A DNA stretch of 59,445 bases, filler included, from Sphacelaria rigidula (lineage: Eukaryota): the NCBI GenBank assembly GCA_964200075.2. It is 10 parts of 10 records of this genome, joined end to end, with 100 filler letters (N's around TTAATTAATTAA, not from the genome) between each part and the next. Parts side by side here need not be neighbours in the genome. Positions count along the whole stretch, not along the records: positions 23,821 to 29,675 come from CAXNAA020023952.1; positions 29,776 to 35,629 come from CAXNAA020023953.1; positions 35,730 to 41,583 come from CAXNAA020023954.1; 7 more parts are not named here. One strand, 5' to 3'. The notes beneath the pieces are model-generated. The model did no database searches. It saw only the letters and a program-made list of their open reading frames with translations, and was not told the origin of the DNA. Below, piece after piece: positions 24,714 to 37,955 of this stretch. The position numbers and the translations under genes were made by a program. Every line of letters begins with the position of its first letter. Positions within the stretch are counted from its first letter, which is position 1.

Positions 24714-26182
24714 TCAAATGCTTCTCGGATTTGTCCTCGGTCCGTAATTCCTTGTCGCTCTGAAAATTGACAGTCCTGCTGTTTGCATTACTCGAGGTGG
24801 TTTGGAAATGAAAACGTTTTGCGGTCGGACATCCTCTTGTATTTTCCGTACATGTGTATCCTTATTGCCGTTGATGCACGCAGGCCATTTTACCGATTTA
24901 CTGTCCAAGTACTCAGATGACTGAACTAATCTCCTGTTGTTACTTGCTGAACATGTCATATTTCGAAACTGTACTCCTAGTGACGAATCTACTATCCTCT
25001 TGATTCCAAGTATCTCTTTAATATACACTTCATTATGCCGTGAAGATGACTGCTGTTGTTTCCGCTTCTTACTTTGCTGGTAAAAATTACTATGTTTCTC
25101 ATTTGTAGGTAGGTATCTACTCTTACTTTGATCTACTGTTTCAGATTTAATCGATGACAACATATTTTTGCTGCTCTTCTCCTGCTTTCTACGCGAATCT
25201 TGATGTACGTTTTCTCTCTTACTGACTAGCAAAGCTGTGCCTACGCCCGTTGATTTTCCTGATACTACTGTAGTTGCTGGCGCTGAGCTACTTGAACTAC
25301 CCTCATGGATGATTTCTATACTTGTACTCCTTGGTATTCCATTGTTATCAACATTTATCGGAACTTGAAAATCTTCCAAATCCATGTGTGAATCTGCTGA
25401 AAATATAGTACTCGCACCTTCTTGAGTACTTCGCAAAACAAAAATAAGTGTTTCCCTGACTTGGGTACTAGGATAGCTAGTAAACACTCAGATCTCTCAT
25501 AACAATGGGTATCTGTCAATATCGTGTGTATAACTCCTCTACCCGTTCCTTTCAGCAGGTACCCTCCTGCCGTTCTATACTCATTAATTTTCAACGTGAT
25601 ATGACATTTCCCGCTCATTCCCTGGTTGACCAGATCTTCGTCACTTGCATTGTGAGTCTAATTTTTGCGTGTGTCACGTAAGCCGCTCATGAAATTTGCG
25701 GCACAGACTTGTGTCAGGAAATCGTCACGAAACGACTGCCAATTTCCCTCCCTACCTTAAAAGTTCTCATCAACACGAATATAATTGTTCACACCGACAT
25801 GTGGGTAGCATTGATTCGCATGGAAATTCCCATTCATGCTTACATGGGTTGATGCATCGCCCACGGATCCTTGAAGAGAGCCTAATCCTATCCCTCCTCC
25901 GTATGGTGACCGAACCCCTCCTGTTCCGACGATGGTGTGCTTACCGCCGCCGGGCCCTCCCTCCCCGTCCGCTATCGCTCTGGGGCCAGTGGACGATGCC
26001 TCGCGCACTAATTGGGACATTTTCATCCTCAGCTTCACCAGCTGCTCGGTAGTCCCCGTCACCAATTCTCGCGAGCTGGCCCCATTTCTCTTCTCTGATA
26101 TTCCGTCAGAGACGATGTGTCTCGCACGGTAGCCGAATGTCTCTTCGCGGAGCTCCAGTCTGCCATTGCTCACTTTGGCCAC
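24714..26182 (-). pseudogene. Degenerate Ty1/Copia gag-pol remnant
   Basis: TAGGYLLKGTGRG...ILVPKSGKHLF, then a frameshift to GASTIFSAD, resembling the Copia protease beta-barrel (G.G.V...VP.L..NLFS); many stops. Confidence 0.5.
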
Positions 26183-27810
26183 AAAGCTCTCAAGCTGGGT
26201 AAAGCTCTAGAGTGTTTGTAGCTTCGTAACCCCCGTGAGTGGATAGGATGCAGACACGACTGTGATGGTCGATCAGTGGACACGGCTCACTGCCGATTAG
26301 GATTTGGTAGAATATGTATAGCGTTGTTAGATGGGAGGAAAAGAGAGTGAGCTGATAACCTCGAGGTATCAATACGGGAAACACACGCAACAACGTATGT
26401 CCAGTCACTCCTATCACGGTATAAAGTCATCCCGTGTAATAGCCAGAACTCAAACTGGTATGCACCTACTGTACCTTATCCTGACATGGTGTATATTGCT
26501 GACTACCCTGGCCATCCTGAGAACATGATATGTGGTAGATACGTTTTCACGATGCCCCCCGTGTGTTCGGACGATCGATATTCGTGTGTGAATGCCTTTA
26601 CAACTAGCGAAAACATTAAATCACACCCCAGGGTGTGGAGGCGGGATGGGGCGATTTCGTCCCGGGTGGCAAGAGATGGGGGGACGGGGATAAAAACTTC
26701 ATCGTTAACGCGTTGTGACGGTGTGCTCGTGTATTGAGTTGCATCACCATTCATGTGTGTAACAGGCCAAAACGGTAGAGACAACCCGAGTGACAATCGA
26801 TTTGGTTGGGGAGGGGGAGCGTACATTTCAAACTTTTAGATGAGGACAAGATTTTATTCACCACCAATTATAATTATTCATCATACCTATGAGCAGCTTG
26901 AGAGCAGCGATGATTTGGTGTCGAACATATGGGGGCATACCTCTTGATATACGAAGAACTCAGCGACGATTCGTACCTTGAATGAGAGCCCTGAACATGG
27001 CCAATGAGCTTCACACCTCTATTATTGCCCGCCAGCGTGTCACTTGGCGTAAATTTCCATCTGAAGAGAGAGAAAGTAAGTCATGTGTAATTTACGCTTG
27101 GTGGTGGTGTTTTCTTCCCCCTCATATGTTTGACCGTCGCTCTAGGTGACGGGTGCTGCTGGAATGCGCATCGTGTTTCGACACTGAAGAAACAGTCCTT
27201 CGAAGAGCTTACTGTATCAACGCGTAGGTGACATGCAGCAAAAACGGGTCGAGAGGTCGTGGCGCGGCAACTCGGGCGAATTTTCATCGGAGGTATGAGA
27301 CGATCTTAACATGCTTTCAACCCTCACACCGCGAGGGTTGTCCATCTGGAGCACGCCTTTTTTTTTACAAGTGAAATTGATGATGATCAAACAGATTATC
27401 TTCTCTCGCCGTCGAAGAATTACGAGAAGGGTTTGGCGATTCAGCTCTGGTCGTCGCCGGAGTACGAGTACACTGTGAAAGTAGTAGCACGGGGCTTCCC
27501 GGATTGTGCCACCTCGCAAGGTCTTGCAGTACTTCTACGACACAATCTCAGCGTCCTTTCAGACTTTTTCCCCACCACTGTTTTTTATATTAGCGAGTTG
27601 CCAAACAGTCCACGAAAACCTTCGAAGTATCTTCCAGGAGATCACACACCAAAGGTCTCAGAGAAACACGGAAGTAATATATATATTGAATCCTCGGCCA
27701 GAACAGCGAAGTGAACCTGCAGGAAGGACCAGGCAGTGCTTAACCGACACATCAACGTCTGGAACTGGAAGGGAAGAAGAGGTATGGCTCAACCTACATC
27801 AGGAGAGAGT

Positions 27811-28039
27811 GACGCCGCGATAGCCCCCTCCCTAAGAATGGTTTGTTTGAGGAGGAAAAATCTATATTCAAACCACAATGACAAACACCGAGCGCAGCGA
27901 TATAGCTTGGCACTCTCATGCTTAGAACCGCTGTCGCTATTGTCGCCCATGTGAGGGGCTTCATGAAATCTCAAGCAGGGCATAGTGCGCGGTGTGATCA
28001 CTTTGTTTATGACAGATTTAGGGCTGATTTGGCGGGGGG
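27811..28039 (-). mobile_element. Diverged MITE family A relative whose terminal G-run is occupied by a LINE
   Basis: GACGCCGCGATAGCCCCC end; interior TGTCGCCCATGTGAGGGGCTTCATG...GACAGATTTAGGGCTGATTTGG matches family A. Confidence 0.7.
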
Positions 28040-29675
28040 CGTACTCATTTGTTGCTTGCCTTAGCCGTTTGACCATTGACCACCCATGTCTTTCGAGACG
28101 GAGCACCGTTCCTACTCCTAACAGAGTTACCTCCAACATTCCGGCGCTCATTACGTTTCTTCCATAGATCATTATGTTTCTTCTATATATTACACGAAAA
28201 CATTTTACATATCTTATCCCCGTCGTGTTTCGCCGTCTCTGGCCACCATCTACCTCGTTTTCTCCCTGCTGTCTGATGCATCAAACGATTTCATGCTATC
28301 TTCGTTCACGTCCCGCATTTCCCCCTCTAGCATGTCCCGTTCCTCCTTGTATAGTTCATATTCTGCCACTATATGACCTCTGCTCTCTATTCCTTTGCCA
28401 TAGAGGCAGTTTTGTCCATCTACTTCCTCCTCCACACGACGACTGGTAAATATATTTCTTCTTTCTGGCAGGTCCAGGTCCCCCACCCGAAATCGCAGTT
28501 TTATATTTTTTGCAACGTCCATCGGGCAATGCATATACGCTTTCAAGGGCAGGTCGAGTAGAGTATACTCAATTGCGGGGTATTTTGAAAGACGTGCTTG
28601 GGGTGCTCAAATTAGGGTAGACTTTTACGAGTCGTACCCACAAAATAGATGAGAAGCGATTCCTGGAATTCTACCCCCAGTTTGTGTACTCTAAATACGA
28701 CTTTCAAAATACCCCGCAATTAAGTATACTCTACTCGACCTACCCTTGTATGATTTCATCCCTATCCCCTCACTCAACCACCCGTATATCTCCAGGTGTC
28801 GTTCCTCGTTAACTTTGCGTCTGAGGGCTCCTTTTCCCCGTTTCTATCATATCTCTTACTTTTGCCTTGTACCCCGCGTCTTCATCTGTAGACAGTATTT
28901 CGTCTTGATTTCCTCCTATCTCGTTCCACACTTTCTCGACTTCTCTATCCCACCTTACTCCAGCATTCCCTATCGTGGTTTTCTTCCATACAGCCCTATC
29001 AACCATAGCTGGCAATCTCTTTCTCTGCATGTTCTTCACGCTATACTGTCATCGCAGTTTCCTCATGTCTCTGTTTGTTTTAAGTGAATACACTCCCAAA
29101 TCTGCTNNNNNNNNNNTAGCTGCTGCCATCCGTACTGTTTCCAACATTTCCCCCAACTTCACGTTCCCCTCCAATACCTCTCCTGCATGTTCCAGCTTTG
29201 GTACGATCACGTTCAACAGGATACACCTCTTAATCCCTAGTGTCTAGGTGCGAATCTCTGAGGACCACGTCCATTCTGCCTACCTGTGCCCTACCCTTTT
29301 CTATTACTTTGTTCATGTGTGCATCCCAAGAACAGTTTTTTAGATATCTAAGCCAAGATATGTATACTGGTCTACGATCGGCAGTCCCTCTTCTCCCCAC
29401 TTCCATTTGAACTCTACCGGATTTTTTATCATCTTCGTTACAAACGAGTACCGCGCATTTGTTGACGTTCGCTGTCACTCCCCACTTTCTAGTGTATCCC
29501 AGCGCCCTGTCGATCTGTGTCTGCAATCCTTCTGGTCTTTCTGGAATCCCCACAGAATCATCTGCGAACATCAACCCTGATACCATATCTTCACCCACCT
29601 GAACCCCTTGCTTTGCTGCTTCCATTGCTACTATCAAGTCATTAATAAATACCTTGAACAAAGTGGGTGATAGCG
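28034..29675 (-). mobile_element. LINE (non-LTR retrotransposon) type C: RT C-terminal part, Zn-knuckle remnant and 3' tail; degenerate
   Basis: LSPTLFKVFINDL...GLMFADD...WGVTANVNKC (non-LTR RT motifs); GDLDLPERR...ESRGHIVAE; the tail ends GAGTACGCCCCCC; interrupted by MITE D. Confidence 0.93.
28544..28748. mobile_element. MITE family D (hAT-like) inserted in the LINE
   Basis: About 48-bp TIRs; flanks TACGCTTT/TATGATTT, whereas the uninterrupted LINE copy near 41800 has a single TATGCTTT. Confidence 0.92.
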
Positions 29676-29775
29676 NNNNNNNNNNNNNNNNNNNNNNNNN
29701 NNNNNNNNNNNNNNNNNNNTTAATTAATTAANNNNNNNNNNNNNNNNNNNNNNNNNNNNNNNNNNNNNNNNNNNN
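29676..29775. other. Artificial contig linker 5
   Basis: Same 100-bp spacer. Confidence 0.99.
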
Positions 29776-32700
29776 CTCTGGTATCACCCCGCCTTCCCTC
29801 CCCCCTCGCGGGGACGGTGGAGGCACTTCGCCCCCTCCACTACTGACGGGGATCTGCGGTGCTACTCCGCCCCTCCCACCAACGGAACTCGGCGGGGAGG
29901 ACGGCGCGCTTGAGGAACCGCTGGACGAAGTGTCCACTGTCGAGCTTTCCGTCCTGTCTTCACTCATACCCTGGCCTTGATTGACGCTGGAATCCTTCAG
30001 CTCGCCCGGCGTCTGGATCGCTTGCTGTAGTCTGCGGGGGGGAACAGCAGACGTCCCTGCCCATGTTGCATGTCTTGTCACGGAAATAGTTCCTCGTACA
30101 GTTAGAACTTGCATCGCGTCGCGTGGGTAGCCTGGGGCTGGGCTCAAGTACCAGTATTTTTCGGCCTTCGGTTGTAATTTATTTGTCCGCTCCCTCCTAC
30201 AAAAACCAGGCTTTAAGGATGGAATGAGATCACCTTTCGGTGGCGATCCATACCACATCTCATGTAGTGATTTGTGGTGCGGATTGGCCGAGGTAGCGGT
30301 ACATTTCAGGGCGTGACACGCCCAGTTCGCCTGTTCAGCCCACAGGCTGTCAACATTTGGGATGCGCTCATCTGGGTACAGCTCAGACGCTTGGATTCTG
30401 GCCGCAAGGCCTGCTGTTTCGATGATACCTGACGCTCGCTCTGCAACACCGTTGAACTGGGGTGAGGCGGCAGTTTTCCTCTCCTGCTTGATCGTTTCCC
30501 TGTCGCACAGTTCACCGAATGCACCCTCCGAGAATTCACCCCTGTCATCGCTACGGACTATCTCAATTTTTCTCGGAGAGACCCATGCAATGCATTTCGC
30601 GAAGTATCTCTCTGCCTCATCCTTCTTCCGGAGGAAATACAGCTTTGTGAGCCGTGAGTGATCATCTCGGACTATCATCGTGTACAACTTTCCCCCTCAA
30701 GACTTGACTGGTTTCGGCCCGGAAAGATCTATACACACCCTAGACGCTGACTTAGCTGCTCTCGTGTGCGTCGATCTTGGAATCGGTTCCCGCAGTCCCT
30801 TCGCCTCTGAGCAGCCGCGGCAGGGCTGCAGCTCCCCAGCCAGCTGCTTTCCCTGCTGCTTCGCCGTCTTCTCCAGTAAATCCTCGTGGACGTGAACGTG
30901 GGAACAGTGGAATTCGTTGATGTCAGCGGTCTGGGGGCTACGCGGAGCCCCCGGGGCAATAGCAGCATATGCCGAAGCACACGTATCACTACCACTTTGA
31001 TCGAGGCGGCGGACGTACATTCTGAGTTGACGTGGTTGTCAGGGTATTATCAGTGTATTGCCTGACTTGAAATCTACCCTGAAACCTGTACGAAAACCAG
31101 TGTAGGTGTGTTCCATGTGTTGGACCCTCGTGAGTGACAAAAGGTGATGACGGACACCAGGTACATGGTCAATATCCACTAGTTTTAGGAATACATCCTG
31201 TCCGTCAGATCTGAAGAGACAAATTTCATCTGCCTACGATCGAGTAAGTACTACCTCCCGCGCACCGTAGTATCCTACCCTTGCACTCTCTGTATTCCGT
31301 CATCCCATGGGAATCGTGGGAGGAATGCTGGGTAGCCCCCGTGTCAAATACCCACGGTTCGCCCCCACCCTGCTGACTATTACCCCCCCCGCTCAACACT
31401 CAATGCATACTCGCCTGTGTCACCGGTGATGGTGTTGTCGAGAGAGGTGAAAGCCTCCCCATCCGCCACCGAACAGACGGAGGAGCTGTCACTGTCGTCG
31501 GCCGCGCCCATCGCCATCACCACATCTTCTTTTCTTCGCTGTCGATCTCGGACAGTCCCAGAACGTGTGCCCCTGCTGACCGCACCTCCTGCAGCATCTC
31601 TTCGGGCAGTTCCTGGCCCGATGCGTCGTGTCCTCGTCGCAAACGTGGTAGCGGAGCAGCTGCCCAGTCGCCGATTTGCCGTCCGACGATGGCGACCCAG
31701 AGTTACTTTAACTCTGGCTCCCGCCGTTTCTCTGACCAGAGCCCTGGGATTTTCCCGGTTTCCCTTTGGGGTGTGTACCGCTCGGTTTGCCGGTCCCACC
31801 CCCGGCAAGGAGAGCCTGGTCGCCCGGGGATGACTTCTTTCCACGGGCAAGTTCCTGCTTCAAAGATGTTGTTTCGAAGTGCTTTCAGATCGAAGTCAAC
31901 ACAACCTCCCGTGTCAGCGGTCCCTCTCGATCCTCCAGCAGCTTCTTCTGGATGTGATACTCGAAGGGCAACGCGTTGAGGAATTTCAAGAGAATATGGT
32001 TTTCGCTTAGTCGTTCATACTCCTCGTATGAATTCAGGTTACGTGCAAGTTCCTCCATCTCGAGCAGCTTCTGCTCTGGATCATCACGGACACCAACCTT
32101 GACTGCATCGAACTTTTCCCAACAAAGCAGACATCTTCAAGTTTTCTCCAAACCGCAGCAGGTGAGTAGATTCTAAGCAAAATGTCTTGCTCCCTCCTTC
32201 CTTCTTTACTAGCTACAAACATTCGTCTGGCCCTCACATTGGTCGCCACTGTGTCCTTCCCATGTCTACTCTCCAGATACCCCATTTCTATTTCAGGATT
32301 ACCGACATCTACATCGTAAGAGCTATCGCTGGCCATGGTGAACACCCAGCCAATTCCTTCGCCCCTTGAGAAGTTGACCAGTTCATGCCTGTACCGAGCA
32401 TTATAAGCGCTCTTCCCTGAACAATTTGGGACGTTCTGTCCAAAAACGGGAACCCCTGACACATTTCCACTTGTATTGTTTATTTGGATTGACTCACGTG
32501 CGGGGACAAAGCTCCTAGCGTCGTCACTGGTGGCATCGTTGTCCATTCCGTCGCGCGCTCCGTCCTCTGGAACAGCTTGGCTCCCGATGAACCGTCGCTC
32601 TCTTCGCTCCAGCACCATGTCGCTCCGCTGTTCTATTTATGTTGAATTCTCCCTGTTGACTATGGAAACCTTCACTTTCGAGGACGCCGTTGTTTTCTGC

Positions 32701-32882
32701 GCCCTCGGCCTCTCTTCCTGCCCTCATATTTTCCATGTTGCTCTGTAATGTAGCTTGGCTTAGCTGCATATCACGCATGAGCTGAGCCATGGGAACCATC
32801 TGTCTACTTACTTCCCGCAACTGCCCCATAACACCCTACTCACCGATTTCTGTTGCAGGCCTACCACCCTGTTCTGCCATTC
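29776..32882 (-). pseudogene. Ty1/Copia gag-protease-integrase, degenerate
   Basis: Zn-knuckle CRRCGQQGHTFWDC, protease WVFDTGATQH, gag-pre-integrase H..H...C..C, RVCIDLSGP, IVRDDHSR, VRSDDRGEF, SPQFNGVAER; Copia domain order. Confidence 0.93.
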
Positions 32883-32894
32883 TGCCCAACCGGT

Positions 32895-33006
32895 TGTAAC
32901 ACTAATGTATTCCGAGGCCCGTGGCGAAGGAAATGTAGTTTTATCTTTTGTATCATTGGGGAGTGCCGAGACTGAGTCGACCCTATGACAGAGATCAGGG
33001 ATCACA
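32895..33006 (-). mobile_element. Probable short 5' LTR of the Copia element
   Basis: TGTGA...TTACA segment immediately upstream of the gag ATG; partner LTR is not on the contig. Confidence 0.4.
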
Positions 33007-33148
33007 TGAGATCAGTGATGACAGGGATCAGATGTTGAGTGGGCCCAGGTGGTAGCGTGGTTGCCAGCCCGGGCGTGGTACCTGAAGACCCGATATCATC
33101 CACATCAACGGTCAAAGATATTTTCAGCTCTGGTGAGTGGCCCACACG

Positions 33149-33557
33149 GGATTTTCTAAACTGGGGATTGACATTGTGTTGAGGATGAGCCCTGGGAACC
33201 CTCATAAACATCAATGCATTTTCGAAAAAAATCGCAAATTCACTCACTCTCCGGCCGTGATACGTGGCCTCGCACATCCTAGATAAAACGTTCATCCGCA
33301 ATTATTCATAAAATCCTGTGTCGGCAGAGGTTCCTGATAAATATGAACAGTGTTCGCACGGGAATTAACGGGGGTCGAATTCGTTCGGTATAAACACGAG
33401 ATATCACAAATTTCGGATGGATTATTTTGAGCATGAGTGAGGCCACACATCACGGCCGGAAAGTGCATTTTCATTTCGTTTTCCAAAATATTCCGATACT
33501 CATGACGATTCTGGAAATCTTTTCTCAAAAACAAGACATCCCCAAATTGTAAAATGC
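33149..33557. repeat. Diverged inverted repeat (palindromic non-autonomous element)
   Basis: CCGGCCGTGATACGTGGCCTC (33251) pairs with GAGGCCACACATCACGGCCGG (33439); weaker symmetry extends about 100 bp outward. Confidence 0.6.
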
Positions 33558-35629
33558 TGTGTGTACTGCATGCTGCTGTGGCAGTGGGGGGAAGATCAAA
33601 ATCGATGTATAAGATTACCCAGTCGGTGTCTTCCGAAATCGAAATTTGCCGCCAAGAGGTTTCCGGCATCCCACTGCAGGCGGTTTTGCTCAAGTTGAGG
33701 CACGTTATCATAATATGTAAGTATCGCATGTGACGTGATGCTTATAAACCTGTTACAGTACCTGTAAACGAGGCGAATGACCTGTTGAAATATAATTGGC
33801 TATCGTGGCTTATGTATAAAATACACAGTGTTCAACTGTCAGTAGCAGCTCTAACAAGAGAGCTCGCAGAGGCTACACAGTGTTGGTTAAACACTTGTTT
33901 GTGCGAGAGAGAGGATGCCTAAACTTGCCGCTTCACCAGGGCGTTACTTAAATCAAACACAATCAGTCTCTACTCTTAGAACGCTGATAACAAACTGGTG
34001 ACTTCCTTGAGGTGGGTCGCTTTGTAGAGTAAATAGCGTGGGGCTATTCCACTCTGTCAAGAAAACTCTTGGACACTGTAAAACTGTCCATCCAAACTGT
34101 TGATACGTCAGACTCTTCGTGCTCAACTCTTCAGTATTCTGACAACTTGCTGACTCTCTGTATACGAGCTGTACAGTACATGAGCTATTCATTATTCTAC
34201 GACGAATATCTCACTACTTCTGTTATTCCTACGATCTTTGTTCTAACGATGAACCGTTACTAGTTCTACCGCTAATCTCGAGTATGTATATTCGGAACTG
34301 TTATTTCTCAACTTCCAAAATAGCACAACCCAGAGCCTTCTCTGGAGACTGCAAACTCCAAATTATTATCGAATCGTGACTTGCATTTGAGAGCGGGGAC
34401 ATTTCCCGATCCTGTTTTTTTGTCTTCTGCACCTCTGAAAAGGGTTTCTGTTTGGAGGAAAAGTCGCAACTGATCATCATCAACACCTCCTCAGAGGCAT
34501 GTCTTGGTTGTATTTCCACAGCAGATTACACTTGAGATGTTTCCGAGTCTGGAAATATCAGTAGTGTTGAGCACATACGTCACATTTAAATGTTCCATGG
34601 CAACTTCATGTACCTGGCATCCACGTCTCATCATATAACAAGAGTCCTGCGTTGTTTGATTATTCCCTCGTGTTTTGCCGCACATTCTGCTTCCTCCCGC
34701 CGAGTGCCGCAGACGGAAGACGACATGATCGTGACGCTGAACCACATCTTGCTGTATCAGGATCACAGCCACAAGCTCCAATATCGGACGTGAGTGAAGC
34801 ATCCTACGCATCTTGAACAAGTATAGCTATCACAAACCAACTATTCTACGCCGAAACCAATCAATCTGAGCGTATGATATAGTACAGCGGGGCCACATCC
34901 TCTCCGACGGTCGTTCCCCTCCACGCGTTTCCACCCCCTCCACCGTAACCCGACCCCCCTTGCCGCAGCTGTTGTCCCCGGCTTCTAGCCGTGCTTCATA
35001 CTTGACCCCTAGTACGCGTTATTGACATTTAGGAGTCTGCCTAGATTATCAGTAATTTGAAGAACATGCGTACAGGGTGAACCGGGTAACAAAATGAATG
35101 TTCCAGGGTATAGACCGGCTGGCAACAGTTGAAGAGCGTGACAACGTGTGCGACTACAACCCGATTCACGCTGTACGCACGCCGTTCAACTCATTCATAA
35201 CGCACCATAACCTAGGGAGATGCTCCAAAAGGCAGATAATGCACTAGCAGTGAGCCGGTCCTCATCGCATACTCTGTTAAGCTTCAAATAAGCTGCACGA
35301 CTTTTTTTTGGTAGCACCGCCACCCCCGCGTGGCTCGACTGCACACTCCCTCGACCCCCCACTCGCGGTGCGTGCCCAATGAACATTTATCATCGAGCGC
35401 TACTAAATGACACCTACGATTGACAAATGTATTGAGGCCCTCTTGTCACAGGGGAAGAGCCGATGGTGGTCGGGCTTCACAAATACAATGATCGCTTTCG
35501 CCGCTACATGATGTGGAAACCCATTACTGCGCGTCTTTCTCGCCCACCGTTCTTTTGTGTAGTCCATGAACTGCAAATAGATTATAACAGGGTTGCCAGA
35601 AAAATGAGAAGGTATTTTGAAATGAGAAT

Positions 35630-35729
35630 NNNNNNNNNNNNNNNNNNNNNNNNNNNNNNNNNNNNNNNNNNNNTTAATTAATTAANNNNNNNNNNNNNNN
35701 NNNNNNNNNNNNNNNNNNNNNNNNNNNNN
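35630..35729. other. Artificial contig linker 6
   Basis: Same 100-bp spacer. Confidence 0.99.
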
Positions 35730-35868
35730 GCGGTGGGCGGGGCGGTTTACTCACTTGTTGCTTGCCTTAGTCGTTTGACCATTGACCACGCATCCTTGTC
35801 GAGACGGAGCACCGCTCCGACTCCTCATATAGCCACCTTCAACATTCCAGCGTTACGTTTCTTGTATG
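35730..35868 (-). mobile_element. LINE type C 3' end
   Basis: Matches 28040-28165. Confidence 0.9.
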
Positions 35869-36105
35869 CATGAACATGGGATCATGAGTGCGTGAGCCGG
35901 GGGAGAGATGGAGTAATCCCTTGAGACCACGGACTCATCCCGACGAAGGGGAGGGGTTTAATATGCGGCAAATAAATAATAATGTAAGAAAGTGCGATGG
36001 TGCACGAGGCGCACATGTTTTTGTCCGTGCACACACTTGCGTCTGATGGGAGTACGAGAACGCAAAATACTACGTCGAGTGCAGCTTCGGTGGATGCATA
36101 TCGTT

Positions 36106-37955
36106 TAGGGCAAATGCCTAGAAAATATATATCTTCTCGGTTTTTGCCGAAGAAAGGTACGAACACTGACCAGGAAAGCGGCAACAGCAAAACACACAAT
36201 CTACACCGTTTTCGCTCCGACGTTTTACACACACATCAGTCGGGGGGCTAGTTGGCGCCCGGGCCTTGAAACCCCCCCGAGAGAAACAAACATGTTGCTG
36301 GCGACGTAAGACCTTGCGCAGAAGGGCGTCTCGTCTCGAGAAACTGCTTCCCCGTTCGAGGCCAAATATCTACCTGTATACCTGATCCAGGGATTCTTTT
36401 CAAATCGTACCTTATCTGGGCCACTAGTCGGTCGAGAAAGTACCTGTCCTGGACAACTACTTGCTACACTATACCTGATGCGGCGCACTGCGCGCAAAGG
36501 AGTCCACGCGTCAAGTCCAACCATGGCGCCCACACATTCGGCTCTCTTCCCGCTTATTTGCCGATCACGAACGCCACAATGATCACGCCCCTTTCTCGAC
36601 GAATATGGTTCCCGAGTCTCTCCGTATCGACACAAGAACTGAACTCGCAACTCACAATGCGTCGGCCTTTCGTGCTTGCGGGGGGTTATGTAACATCGTG
36701 CTGTTGCGATATCGGGGCTGATGTCAGGGTCAAGCTAGGCTCTTCCGTCACCAACGAGCGGTTCTTACATCATAGATGGTTGGTCCGAGGAACCGGTAAG
36801 AGCCGTCAATACAGCAGTAGCATCCAGCCCCACAGAGTAACATGCGCCCGACAGAAACATCCAGGGAACACAGCCGTTGGACTGTGCGTAACAACCACCA
36901 ACGACGAGCGAGCAATTGTGGATCGTGTCCTCAGCTTCATGTCATGTAGATGTTGCTGTTGGCGCCAGTGCAGGCGAGATATGGGAGTGACTAAAAGCTG
37001 CTAGGAAAGACATGCAGGACCACTACATGGTAGTGGTGATGAAGAGAGAAGGGGAAAATATGGGTGTCGTGAGGTTCGGGTCGTTCTCGCTGTTTGATGT
37101 ACTACTAGGGGCGATTCACACGGGCTTGGTGGGGTGTGCGTGCGTTCAGCGACTATCGAGGGAGGGGCTTCAGCTATCCATCCGTATCTGTCGGGTGCAT
37201 GTTACTCTGTAGGGCTGGATGCTATTGCTGTGTTGTCCCCATCTATATATACGTGACGGTTCTTATCCACTGCTTGGACCAACCATCTATGATGTGAGAA
37301 CCGCTCGTTGGTGACGGAAGAGCCTAGCTTGACGCTGACATCAGCCCCGATATCGCAACAGCACGATGTTACATAACCCCCCGCAAGCACGAAAGACCGA
37401 CGCATTGTGAGTTGCGAGTCCAGTTCTTGTGTCGATGCGGAGAGACTCGGGACCCATTTACGTCGAGAAAGGGGCGTGATCGTTGTGGCGTTCGTGATCG
37501 GCAAATGAGCGGAAAATGAGCCGAATGTGTGGGCATCATGGTTGGACTTGACACGTGGATTCCCTTGCGCGCAGTGCGCCGCATCAGGTATATAGTGTAG
37601 TAAGCGATGGTCCAGGACTGGTACTTTCTCGACCGACTAGCGGCCCAGATAAGGTACGGTTAAAAAAGAATTCCTGGATCAGAATACAAGGTGGATGTTT
37701 GGCTTACAAATGAATTGGGTTCTCGAGGCAAGACGTCCTTTTGCGCATGGCCCGTGTATCGCGAGCAACATGTTTGTTTCTCTGGTGGACTTTCGGGGCC
37801 CGGGAGCCAAGGAGCCCCCCGACTGATGTGTATGAAAAATTCGAAACGAAAACGGTGTAGATTGTGTTTTTTGCTGCTGTCGAGTTTCTGGTCAGTGTTC
37901 GTACCTTTCTTCGGCAAAAACCGAGAAGGTATACCTTCTATAGGCAATTGCCCTG
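36106..37955. repeat. Long inverted repeat: ~750-bp arms (36106-36855, 37187-37955), ~330-bp spacer
   Basis: Arms align by eye throughout; mirror ORFs 36558+ and 37504- give near-identical peptides; termini TAGGGCAAATGCC / GGCAATTGCCCTG. Confidence 0.95.

Noticed and set aside
33950..34850. Decayed coding-like region with a CxxC..H fragment (FKCDVCAQHY)
   Set aside because: Too many stops; a single motif is insufficient.
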